Assembly: GCA_026707145.1 (NCBI GenBank)
Contig: JAPOXK010000021.1
Coordinates: 311,526-375,525, forward strand
DNA length: 64,000 bases
Source: Chloroflexota bacterium
Lineage (GTDB): Bacteria > Chloroflexota > Dehalococcoidia > Bin125
Direction of reading: 5' to 3'
Part shown: positions 27,980-35,578 of the stretch, piece after piece
How the letters are laid out: each line of letters opens with the position of its first letter
Position numbering within the stretch: the first letter of the stretch is position 1
Notes under the pieces: generated by a model
What the model was told of the DNA's origin: nothing
The model's database searches: none
What the model saw: only the letters and a program-made list of their open reading frames with translations
Position numbers and translations under genes: made by a program

Positions 27980-29404
27980 TCAGCCACGCAGGACCGTCGT
28001 GATGCCGTCATCGCGGACGATGACCCGCTCCACGAGTTCGCGGAGCGTCGACTGGCGCGCGTCGAATGAGAGCTGATCCCAACTGGTGCGGATGCGCTCG
28101 ACTTGCCGGTCGAAGTGCTTGCGCTGCTCTACTTCAAAAGCGTGAACCGAAGCGCGCTGCTCTTGAGCGCGCAGCTCGTCGGCGGCGCGGCGGCGCTCGC
28201 GGACGAGAAGGTTGGCCGCGGTACGGAATTCGTGGCGCGAGATGCGGTTGTCCGCGAGGCGGTTGAGTTGCTCGGACAAGCGACGATCGAGGGACCGCAG
28301 GCGTCCGCGGGTACGTGCCGCGGCTTGAGCAGCGCCGGCCGCAACCGCTTGCTCATCGCCAGCGCGGATAACAGACGACTGTACCGCACCCGGTTCATGG
28401 CCCCTGATATGACCAACGACCTCGGCCTCCAGATCGTCAGCACGCCGTGTGTGGTAATCACAGACCGATTGGTTGGTGCGAGACTCGCACTGGTAATAGC
28501 GGTACGCCTGTTCCGCTGTGTCGCCGTTGCCGCGCCGCCATTGCTGCTTGCGGGAGACACCGATCATCCGATTACCGCAGTCGCCGCAGTGGGCGAGGCC
28601 GGAGAGGAGGTAGCGGCTCGGATTTCGCGCCGAGGGAGCGGTCCGCCGATCCTGTAGCCGTACTTGGACAGCACGGAACTGATCCTCGGTAACGATTGGG
28701 GGGTGGCTGCCCGGTACCGTGATGCCGAAGCGAGTGTAGGTGCCCACGTAGACGCGATTACGGAGGATGTCCCGAATAGAGACCATGCTCCAGTTCCCGC
28801 CCCGGCGCGTGCGATAGCCCTCTTCGTTGAGGCGACGCGCGATCCGCCGCACACCGAGGTTCTCCTCCAGATAGAGCCGGAAAATATGCCGGACGAGGGC
28901 CGCCTCGTTCTCGACGATCTCCAAGCGGCGATCCGGTCCCACCCGATAGCCGAAGGGTGGACGGCCGAGCGCCGCCCCGGACACCGCGCGCCGCCGCATC
29001 GCCGCGCGCACCTGCTTGCCCAAACGGCCGCCCGGCGCGTCGTTCCAAAATTGGATGATACGTTCGTCGTCTATCGCTCCCTCTGCCAAACTAAGAACGG
29101 AAGCTCCCAACTCCGTGATCTCGTAGAAGGTGCGAATCGCGTCGATCTGGCTGGCACCGAGATGGTTGAACGTCTGGACGACCACAATGCAGAAGTCGGG
29201 AGCGGGGCGCTGGAGGAATGCGAGCATTTGCCGCAGGCCAGGACGGTCACTGCGAATGTCGGCATCAATGAAGGAGGCAGTGGCTTCATAGCCGTGTGCG
29301 CGGCAGGCCTCCAGAAACGCATCGTTCTGGTCGGAGAGCGAAGGGTGGGCACGCTGCGAAGAAGCGTTGGGGAGGTTGCCGCTGAAGTATCCGACTGCGC
29401 GCAT
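27980..29404 (-). CDS. large serine recombinase (resolvase-like N-domain with degenerate catalytic motifs, recombinase domain, zinc beta-ribbon, coiled coil)
   Basis: It has the recombinase domain GRPPFGYRV...ALVRHIFRLYLEENLGVRRIARRLNEEGYRTRRGGNWSMVSIRDILRNRVYVGTY. It has the Zn ribbon LLSGLAHCGDCGNRM...YYQCESR...C and a C-terminal coiled coil. It most likely starts at MRAVGYF; the listed ORF extends to 29473. The expected Y-x-R-V-S-T-x-x-Q block reads GYFSGNLPNASSQ. The expected V-V-x-x-x-D-R-L-x-R block reads VVVQTFNHLGAS. Confidence 0.75.
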   Translation of the reverse strand: MRAVGYFSGNLPNASSQRAHPSLSDQNDAFLEACRAHGYEATASFIDADIRSDRPGLRQMLAFLQRPAPDFCIVVVQTFNHLGASQIDAIRTFYEITELGASVLSLAEGAIDDERIIQFWNDAPGGRLGKQVRAAMRRRAVSGAALGRPPFGYRVGPDRRLEIVENEAALVRHIFRLYLEENLGVRRIARRLNEEGYRTRRGGNWSMVSIRDILRNRVYVGTYTRFGITVPGSHPPIVTEDQFRAVQVRLQDRRTAPSARNPSRYLLSGLAHCGDCGNRMIGVSRKQQWRRGNGDTAEQAYRYYQCESRTNQSVCDYHTRRADDLEAEVVGHIRGHEPGAVQSSVIRAGDEQAVAAGAAQAAARTRGRLRSLDRRLSEQLNRLADNRISRHEFRTAANLLVRERRRAADELRAQEQRASVHAFEVEQRKHFDRQVERIRTSWDQLSFDARQSTLRELVERVIVRDDGITTVLRG

Positions 29405-29408
29405 TAGG

Positions 29409-30107
29409 CTAGGCCACGTACAAGATCCGCTGACAGGAGGGGCACCGAACCGGTTGATCGGCGCGCCGGGCACGGTTGACCGCGTTAATGGGAAGCGTGA
29501 GGCGGCAGCCGCTGCAGGCGCCTCCCACGACGCGCGCGATCACAATGGGCATGAGGCGGCGTTGGGCATCGTAGATCTCCAACTCTTCCGCCTCGATATC
29601 CGCCCGCGCCGCGTTCACTTCCTCCCCAATCGCCGCGATCTCCTCCTCAAGCGCCGTGACTTCCGTCCGAAGCTGCTGCTGCTGTTGCTGCCAGCGCGCG
29701 CGTGACGCTTCGACGAGCTTCTCGAGGTGTGCAGCCGCTGCCTGTGCTTCCTCTTCCTGTTCGATGAGAGCTAGGAGGTGATCCTCTTGCGCCCGAAGCG
29801 CGCGCCGCAGGGCGAAGATCTCCGCTTGAAGGTTGCTGAGTTCTTTGGGGTCCTTGATCTCGCCACCGTAGAGCTTGGCGTCCTCGGCTTGGATCTTCGT
29901 CCGGGCATCTTCGGTACTTTGCTCTAGCGACTGCCTGTGCTCGCGCACTTCGTCAAGAATCTGCCGCTGTGCGCTTTCCTCAGCTTGAAGGCCGGCCGCG
30001 CGCGGATCGTCTCTGGTCTGCCGGAGCTTGTCGTCGCGCTCCTGCTTAAGGGCGTCGAGACGAAGATCGATCTCTTGCAACTCCGACAGGTCGCTCAATG
30101 CGATCAT
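29409..30107 (-). CDS. COG1579-type zinc-ribbon/coiled-coil protein
   Basis: 232 aa. It has a long coiled coil, then a C-terminal C4 ribbon: GGACSGCRLTLP...VRCPSCQRILY. Its stop overlaps the start of the recombinase gene. Confidence 0.7.
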   Translation of the reverse strand: MIALSDLSELQEIDLRLDALKQERDDKLRQTRDDPRAAGLQAEESAQRQILDEVREHRQSLEQSTEDARTKIQAEDAKLYGGEIKDPKELSNLQAEIFALRRALRAQEDHLLALIEQEEEAQAAAAHLEKLVEASRARWQQQQQQLRTEVTALEEEIAAIGEEVNAARADIEAEELEIYDAQRRLMPIVIARVVGGACSGCRLTLPINAVNRARRADQPVRCPSCQRILYVA

Positions 30108-30279
30108 GCGTTCTCCGCTTCGGATAGGCTATCTGAGCTTACGAACCGATGTTCGCTAACGCAATAGTCGCATCCGGCTCAGCGGAGAGGGTAAGGTAGG
30201 AAAGAGAAACGCTGGTGCGCCGTGTGCACAATCAGCCATTCGCCGCGCCCTTCTCTCCTTGTAAGTATGCAGGCCTGTC

Positions 30280-30771
30280 GTGCAATTCAACGTCTCGCAG
30301 CTCATGCAGGAGCCGATCGGCAGCCGACGGAGTTTTCGCCTCGATAGTGCGCCACTCGACATGGAAGGGGTTGCGACTACCGTTAGCGGGGCGGTCGAGC
30401 TTCTGCGCACCGACGGATCGATCCTGGCGACGGTGCGCCTCAGCGCGCCGATCACAGCCGTGTGCAGCGACTGCGCACGCGAGTACATCGCGCCGCTTCC
30501 TCTAACGTTCAGCGAGGAGTTCTGGCCAGAATACGACCACGTGAGCCATGCGCTTGTGGAGATGCCGGAAGGACGCGAAGGTTTTCGAATTGTCCAAGGG
30601 CAACTCGACCTGAGCGAAGCAGCCCGGCAATATGTCGAGATGGCGCGGCCGATGCGGCCTTTTTGCGGTCCCGAGTGCCGCGGCGTGCCAGACGCTTCAC
30701 GACAAGGAAGCCGCGAGGAGCCGGATATACGCTGGGGTACTCTTGAGCAACTGCGTCGCGAGCTGGACTAG
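30280..30771 (+). CDS. yceD: YceD/DUF177 family protein (large-subunit rRNA accumulation protein)
   Basis: 163 aa. It has the C-terminal CxxC...CxxC pattern (CSDCAREY ... CGPECRG) and sits immediately upstream of rpmF. Confidence 0.7.
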   Translation: MQFNVSQLMQEPIGSRRSFRLDSAPLDMEGVATTVSGAVELLRTDGSILATVRLSAPITAVCSDCAREYIAPLPLTFSEEFWPEYDHVSHALVEMPEGREGFRIVQGQLDLSEAARQYVEMARPMRPFCGPECRGVPDASRQGSREEPDIRWGTLEQLRRELD

Positions 30772-30810
30772 CGTAGGGTTTACAGGGTCTGCCGAAGACC
30801 GGTTGGAGAG

Positions 30811-31011
30811 TTGAAAGTGCCACCGCTTCCCAAGCGCAAATACGCGAAGACTCGCCAGCGACTGCGTCGGCAGCATTTGCAGCAGCGCCGCGCGACAGTC
30901 GTCCGCTGCGGAAACTGCCAGTCGCCCATGGTGGCGCATCGCGTCTGCTATACCTGCGGCACATATCGTGGGCGCGAGGTCGTCCGTATCGAGGAGGCGG
31001 ACGGGGAGTGA
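30811..31011 (+). CDS. rpmF: 50S ribosomal protein L32
   Basis: 66 aa. It has PKRKYAKTRQRLRRQH and a CGNC...CYTCG zinc ribbon. Confidence 0.85.
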   Translation: MKVPPLPKRKYAKTRQRLRRQHLQQRRATVVRCGNCQSPMVAHRVCYTCGTYRGREVVRIEEADGE

Positions 31012-31946
31012 GCGCCGTGGCCGAGACGCGCTCGGCCTGGCTATTCCCCGGCCAGGGTTCACAGAAGGTCGGGATGGGGCGTGATCTCTACGAAGCCTAT
31101 CCGGCCGCACGGGCCGTGTTCGACCGCGCGGACAGCGCGTTAGACCGGTCCCTCTCCCGCATCATTTTCGAAGGGCCCGAGGAGGAATTGCGGCAGACGT
31201 TCAACGCCCAACCCGCGATCCTCGTCATGAGTCTCGCCACGCTCGCCGCTGGACGCGAGATCGATCCCCGCCTCCAAGAGGCGCCGGCCTTCGTCGCCGG
31301 ACACAGCCTCGGCGAATACTCGGCGTTGGTCGCCGCCGGCGCACTCAAGCTGAACGACGGGATCCGGTTGGTGCAGGAGCGAGGCCGCTTGATGCAGCGG
31401 GAAGGGGAGAATACTCCGGGGACGTTGGCGGCAGTCCTTGGGCTCGGAGAAGAGGCAGTGGAGGGGATCTGCCGAGAGACGGGGGCCGAAATCTGCAATA
31501 TTAACGCGGCGGCGCAGATCGTGATCGGGGGCACGCGCCCGGCCGTGGCGCGCGCAATGGACTTAGCGAAGGCGCGGGGGGCGCGACGCACGATCCCATT
31601 ACGCGTGAGCGGCGCTTTCCACTCCTCTCTCATGGCGCCGGTCGCCACGGCCATGATCCCGTCCTTTGACAAAGTGGACCTGCGCGAACCTGAGGTTCCT
31701 CTTGTAGCGAATGTAACAGCGGAGGCGATCCGGACGGTGGCAGCGATCCGGGAAGAGCTTGCGCGGCAAGTCTGCACCGCCGTGCGCTGGCAACACTCCG
31801 TCGAGTTCATGGTGTCACGCGGGGTGCGTGAGTTTCTGGAGATCGGACCGGGCACCGTCCTCACCGGGTTGGTGAAGAGTATCGCGGCGGATGTGCAGCC
31901 GACGGTGATCAACTTCAGCGACGCCCGATCGTTCGAGAAGCGCTAA
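31008..31946 (+). CDS. fabD: malonyl CoA-acyl carrier protein transacylase
   Basis: 312 aa. It has FPGQGSQKVGMG and GHSLGEYSALVAAG (active Ser). Confidence 0.9.
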   Translation: MSAVAETRSAWLFPGQGSQKVGMGRDLYEAYPAARAVFDRADSALDRSLSRIIFEGPEEELRQTFNAQPAILVMSLATLAAGREIDPRLQEAPAFVAGHSLGEYSALVAAGALKLNDGIRLVQERGRLMQREGENTPGTLAAVLGLGEEAVEGICRETGAEICNINAAAQIVIGGTRPAVARAMDLAKARGARRTIPLRVSGAFHSSLMAPVATAMIPSFDKVDLREPEVPLVANVTAEAIRTVAAIREELARQVCTAVRWQHSVEFMVSRGVREFLEIGPGTVLTGLVKSIAADVQPTVINFSDARSFEKR

Positions 31947-31951
31947 GGGTT

Positions 31952-32413
31952 GTGGCAAGCTTCCATCACAAAGGGCGCATCCGCGCGTTTGAAGTCTTGT
32001 TCGAAGCAGAGTTCGCGTTAGCAGCAGCAGCGACGGTTCTCCAACGGCGTCAAGCAGGCGAACCGCTGGGATCGGGAGACGCCGCCTTCGCGGAAGATCT
32101 CATCCGCGGCGTCGTCGCTCACCGCGCCGAGATCGATACCCGTCTGCAAAAAGTCGCCCCGGACTGGCCCTTGGCAGACGTTTCGGCTATCGATCGGACG
32201 ATCCTGCGCGTTGCGCTCTACGAATTGCTGTTCAATAATGCCGCCGTTCCGAGTGCCGCCGTCATCAACGAGGCGGTGGAGATCGCAAAGCGCTACGGGA
32301 GCGATGCGAGCCGTCGGTTTGTGAACGGGGTGCTGGGAACCGTGAGTCGCGAGCGGATCACTCAACGCGGCTCGAGCACAACAGAGACGGAGGAGGTCGG
32401 TGGCCCTGTTTGA
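31952..32413 (+). CDS. nusB: transcription antitermination factor NusB
   Basis: 153 aa. It has [13 protein letters not shown] and [14 protein letters not shown], the NusB fold. Confidence 0.8.
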   Translation: MASFHHKGRIRAFEVLFEAEFALAAAATVLQRRQAGEPLGSGDAAFAEDLIRGVVAHRAEIDTRLQKVAPDWPLADVSAIDRTILRVALYELLFNNAAVPSAAVINEAVEIAKRYGSDASRRFVNGVLGTVSRERITQRGSSTTETEEVGGPV

Positions 32414-32657
32414 GCGCGTACGCGGCATTATTGAGAACCAGTTGGGCGTGGACGCAGATGATGTGACGCTTGAGGCATCGTTCATCGACGACCTAGGAGC
32501 GGACTCACTGGACTTGGTCGAACTCATCATGGCTTTTGAGGACGAGTTCAAGGAAGAAGTCCCTTCTCTCGAGATCTCGGACGAGGAGGCGGAGGGAATC
32601 GCCACAGTCGACGACGCGATCGAGTTCCTCAAGAGCAAAGGTGTCCCCGAGAGCTAG
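32400..32657 (+). CDS. acpP: acyl carrier protein
   Basis: 85 aa. It has [20 protein letters not shown], the Ser phosphopantetheine attachment site. Confidence 0.9.
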   Translation: MALFERVRGIIENQLGVDADDVTLEASFIDDLGADSLDLVELIMAFEDEFKEEVPSLEISDEEAEGIATVDDAIEFLKSKGVPES

Positions 32658-32769
32658 CTCGAGGACCGGGATCTGCCAAGTACCATCACCCCAGACATCG
32701 CCTTGAGAGGGCGCTGGGGCCCCTTTATCGTTTAACTGCCATATCGTGAACGCGCGGGAGGCCTGATCC

Positions 32770-33300
32770 GTGGAGATCTTCGGCGTTGGCTTCTTCGAAA
32801 TCGTGGCGGTGCTGCTGCTGGCCGCGATCATCTTCGGCCCGCACCGCTTGCCGGAGTTGGCAGGCCAGATGGGACGCGCGGTGCGTGAATTGCGTGAGTA
32901 CGCACGCGATTTCCGCGACGAGTACTTGGTGGACTTCGAAGAGGTAAAGGAGGAATACCTCGAGATCCGGCATGAACTTCAGACGGAGAGCCAGGAGTTC
33001 CAGGCCGAGCTGGAGGCGGCGGATTCCGATATTCGCGCCAGCCTGAAGGAGATCGAAGGCGACACGCAGCAAGCGATCGCCGAGGCGAAGCGCGGGGAAT
33101 CGAAGGATAGCGCGCGTACGGACAGCAAGGCAGAGCAGGTAGTGCATACGCAAGAGGGAACGGAGACGATCGCTCGGGAACCGACCCGGAGGGGAGTGGG
33201 GCGCCGGGGTCGAAACGTTCGCCGCCGGGCACAGCAGGCTCCGGTAGCACGGCCGAGCAATGTGATCTCGCTGCACCGGCGGCGCGGGAAGGAGTCCTAG
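32770..33300 (+). CDS. tatB: twin-arginine translocase subunit TatA/TatB family (TatB-length)
   Basis: 176 aa with a GTG start. It has GFFEIVAVLLLAAIIFGPHRLPELAGQMGRAVRELR (TM helix plus amphipathic helix) and an acidic/charged tail. Confidence 0.75.
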   Translation: MEIFGVGFFEIVAVLLLAAIIFGPHRLPELAGQMGRAVRELREYARDFRDEYLVDFEEVKEEYLEIRHELQTESQEFQAELEAADSDIRASLKEIEGDTQQAIAEAKRGESKDSARTDSKAEQVVHTQEGTETIAREPTRRGVGRRGRNVRRRAQQAPVARPSNVISLHRRRGKES

Positions 33301-33306
33301 CCCGCG

Positions 33307-34119
33307 ATGGCTTCGCGCGCCGCGCCGGTCGAAGATCTCTCCCCAGAGCAGGTCGAGGCCGCCAAGCGCGGCGATAAGATCGTCTCGGTTGGCGAGCATC
33401 TGCTGGAGTTGCGCAACCGGATTACGGTCGCAACGCTCACCCTCGTCCTGACGACAGTGCTGGCGCTCGTGTTCGCCCAGGACGTGATCGACTACTTGCT
33501 AGAGCCCGGCCGTCGTGCCGATCCCAACTTCCGGCCGATCTTCACAGAGCTGTTGGGATTTTTCGGGTCGTACCTCAAGGTTTCGTTGCTGATCGGCCTC
33601 GCATTCGCAATGCCAATGATCCTGTACCAGGGCGTGATGTATCTGAATCCAGCGCTCACGACCGGTGAGCGGCGTTGGACAATACCGCTCATCCTCTTAG
33701 CCACCGTTTCGTTCGCCGGCGGCGCAGCGTTCGCGTTTTACGTCGCCTGGCCACCCGCGCTGAACTTCCTGCTGAATTTCGGACAGGATGTCGCCGACGC
33801 CCAAGTCACTATCAACGACTACGTCAACAAATTAACGCGGTTCATGTTCTGGACGGGCATTGTATTCGAGACGCCGCTGGTGCTGATGGGGCTGGGCTTT
33901 CTGGGAATCGTCAGTTCGCGCGCCCTCAAGCGTGCTTGGCGGTGGTCGATCATTGGATCGTTCGTCATGGCAGCGATCATCACGCCATCCGTGGATCCGG
34001 TGACGCAGGCGGCCGTGGCGCTGCCATTGATCGCCCTGTATGGCCTGGGAATCTTGCTGGTGAAGCTAGTGGAACGTCACCGTGGTGAGCTAGAAGCAAC
34101 GGCACCGGTCGAGGCGTGA
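33307..34119 (+). CDS. tatC: twin-arginine translocase subunit TatC
   Basis: 270 aa, six TM. It has EHLLELRNRI near the N-terminus. Confidence 0.85.
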   Translation: MASRAAPVEDLSPEQVEAAKRGDKIVSVGEHLLELRNRITVATLTLVLTTVLALVFAQDVIDYLLEPGRRADPNFRPIFTELLGFFGSYLKVSLLIGLAFAMPMILYQGVMYLNPALTTGERRWTIPLILLATVSFAGGAAFAFYVAWPPALNFLLNFGQDVADAQVTINDYVNKLTRFMFWTGIVFETPLVLMGLGFLGIVSSRALKRAWRWSIIGSFVMAAIITPSVDPVTQAAVALPLIALYGLGILLVKLVERHRGELEATAPVEA

Positions 34120-34505
34120 TTGTTCCCGCACAGGGGCTGGCGCTCTTCCGTTCCCTTCGCGTCCGCGCCTTCAGTACGGGCCTGATCGGCGGGTTCTTCA
34201 GCGGGCTCACCGGTATAGGTGGCGGCACTCTCATGGTGCCGCTGCTAGCTGGCTACGTCCGCCTCCCCCAACATACCGCCCACGGTACGAGTGTGTTGAT
34301 CGTAGTGCCGATCGCCGCCGCCGCCGCCGCGAGCTACATCTGGCGCGGAGATGTCGAGTGGGACTTGGTGGGAGCCTTACTCGGCGGATCGATCATCGGC
34401 GCCTATGTCGGCGCCGTGTTGATCATGCGCTTCCGCGCCCGCGAGCTGCGGCTGATCTTCGCCGCAGTGCTCGTTGCCGCAGGAATCCGGCTCTTGCTTA
34501 CGTAA
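34116..34505 (+). CDS. TauE/SafE (DUF81) family transporter, N-terminal half-gene (4 TM)
   Basis: 129 aa. It has GLIGGFFSGLTGIGGGTLMVPLL, a typical TauE repeat. It ends with TAA at 34503-34505. Confidence 0.65.
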   Translation: MIVPAQGLALFRSLRVRAFSTGLIGGFFSGLTGIGGGTLMVPLLAGYVRLPQHTAHGTSVLIVVPIAAAAAASYIWRGDVEWDLVGALLGGSIIGAYVGAVLIMRFRARELRLIFAAVLVAAGIRLLLT

Positions 34506-34513
34506 AGGCATTC

Positions 34514-34939
34514 ATGGAAGACGTGTTGATCGCACTAGTGATCGGTTTGGTGGGGGGGCTCGCAGCAGGCCTGCTGGGTATCGGTGGCGGTGCCGTCTTC
34601 GTGCCGGGCTTGGTGATCCTGATCGGCACGGAGCAGGTCGTGGCCCAGGGAGTTTCCCTAACAGTGATCATCGTGACAGCGGCAGTAGCCGCGTTCCGGC
34701 ACCGGCATAACCGGACGATCAACTACCACGTTGCGCGCTGGACGGTCGTGCCGGCGATTGCGCTGGCGGTGGCGGGTGCGCTGGTGGCCAATGAGATCGA
34801 CGGAGACATATTGCGCCGCATTTTTGGCGGCATGCTGCTGGTAGTCTCAGCACGAATGGTGTACCAGACGGCCCGTACTTGGCGCGCAACGAACGAGGCA
34901 GCGACGCCCCTAGGATCCGCTGGCGACTCGCCACGATGA
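34514..34939 (+). CDS. TauE/SafE (DUF81) family transporter, C-terminal half-gene (4 TM)
   Basis: It starts MEDVLIAL after an AAAGG-like RBS. It has GLVGGLAAGLLGIGGGAVFVPGLVIL, the second TauE repeat. The listed ORF begins earlier at 34358, inside the first half-gene. Confidence 0.6.
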   Translation: MEDVLIALVIGLVGGLAAGLLGIGGGAVFVPGLVILIGTEQVVAQGVSLTVIIVTAAVAAFRHRHNRTINYHVARWTVVPAIALAVAGALVANEIDGDILRRIFGGMLLVVSARMVYQTARTWRATNEAATPLGSAGDSPR

Positions 34940-35568
34940 ACCCGGACGTCCTCGCCGAGCTGAATGCGCGCATCGCTTCTTGCACTGCCTGCGCCCTGCA
35001 CCAGGGTCGGACGCAGACCGTCCCGGGCGACGGCGATCCGAACGCCGAGGTGCTGTTCATTGGGGAAGCGCCCGGCTTCCACGAGGATCAGCAGGGCAGC
35101 CCCTTTGTCGGGCAAGCAGGACGGGTCCTCGACCAACTCTTGCTGGAGATCGGCCTCACGCGCGCGGATGTCTTTGTCGCCAATGTGATCAAGTGCCGTC
35201 CCCCAAACAATCGCGATCCACTGCCCGAGGAGATCGCGACGTGTGAACCGTTCCTCACGATGCAGATCAGCGGGATCCGCCCCAAGCTCATCGTGACACT
35301 AGGAAGGTTCGCCTTGCAGTACTTCCTCCCTGGCACATCCATCTCTCGATCCCGAGGGAAAGTGATCCGCAGCGACCCTTATCTCCTCTACCCGCTATAC
35401 CACCCCGCCGCCGCGCTGCGGCAGAGCCGTCTTTTCCAGGTGCTGCGGGACGACTTCCAGCGCATCCCGCAGATCGTCGCGGGTGCGGAGCGTCCCGACG
35501 TCCGCGCGACTGCGTCCGCAGCGGCCGTTCAAAAAGAGGACAGCGCCACCCAGTTGCAGCTCCTCTAA
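34936..35568 (+). CDS. uracil-DNA glycosylase, family 4
   Basis: It has the 4Fe-4S motifs CTACALHQGR and LFIGEAPG, a GQAGRVLD region and NVIKCRPPNNRDP. The start MNPDV overlaps the preceding stop by ATGA. Confidence 0.8.
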   Translation: MNPDVLAELNARIASCTACALHQGRTQTVPGDGDPNAEVLFIGEAPGFHEDQQGSPFVGQAGRVLDQLLLEIGLTRADVFVANVIKCRPPNNRDPLPEEIATCEPFLTMQISGIRPKLIVTLGRFALQYFLPGTSISRSRGKVIRSDPYLLYPLYHPAAALRQSRLFQVLRDDFQRIPQIVAGAERPDVRATASAAAVQKEDSATQLQLL

Positions 35569-35578
35569 GGATCGCCCG

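Noticed and set aside
27980-29473. The serine recombinase as a marker of an integrated prophage or ICE, possibly targeting rnpB.
   Set aside because: No phage or conjugation genes, no flanking direct repeats noticed, and it is tightly coupled on both sides to conserved housekeeping genes. A domesticated gene is the better explanation; see findings.
32700-32735. An intrinsic terminator after acpP (the GGGGCCCC palindrome followed by a T-rich run).
   Set aside because: The palindrome has no loop. The alternative stems are only 3-4 bp, too weak to call.
34358-34513. The listed start of ORF 34358..34939.
   Set aside because: The first 52 codons overlap the end of the preceding TauE half-gene in another frame and encode Arg-rich noise. 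The real start is the ATG at 34514.
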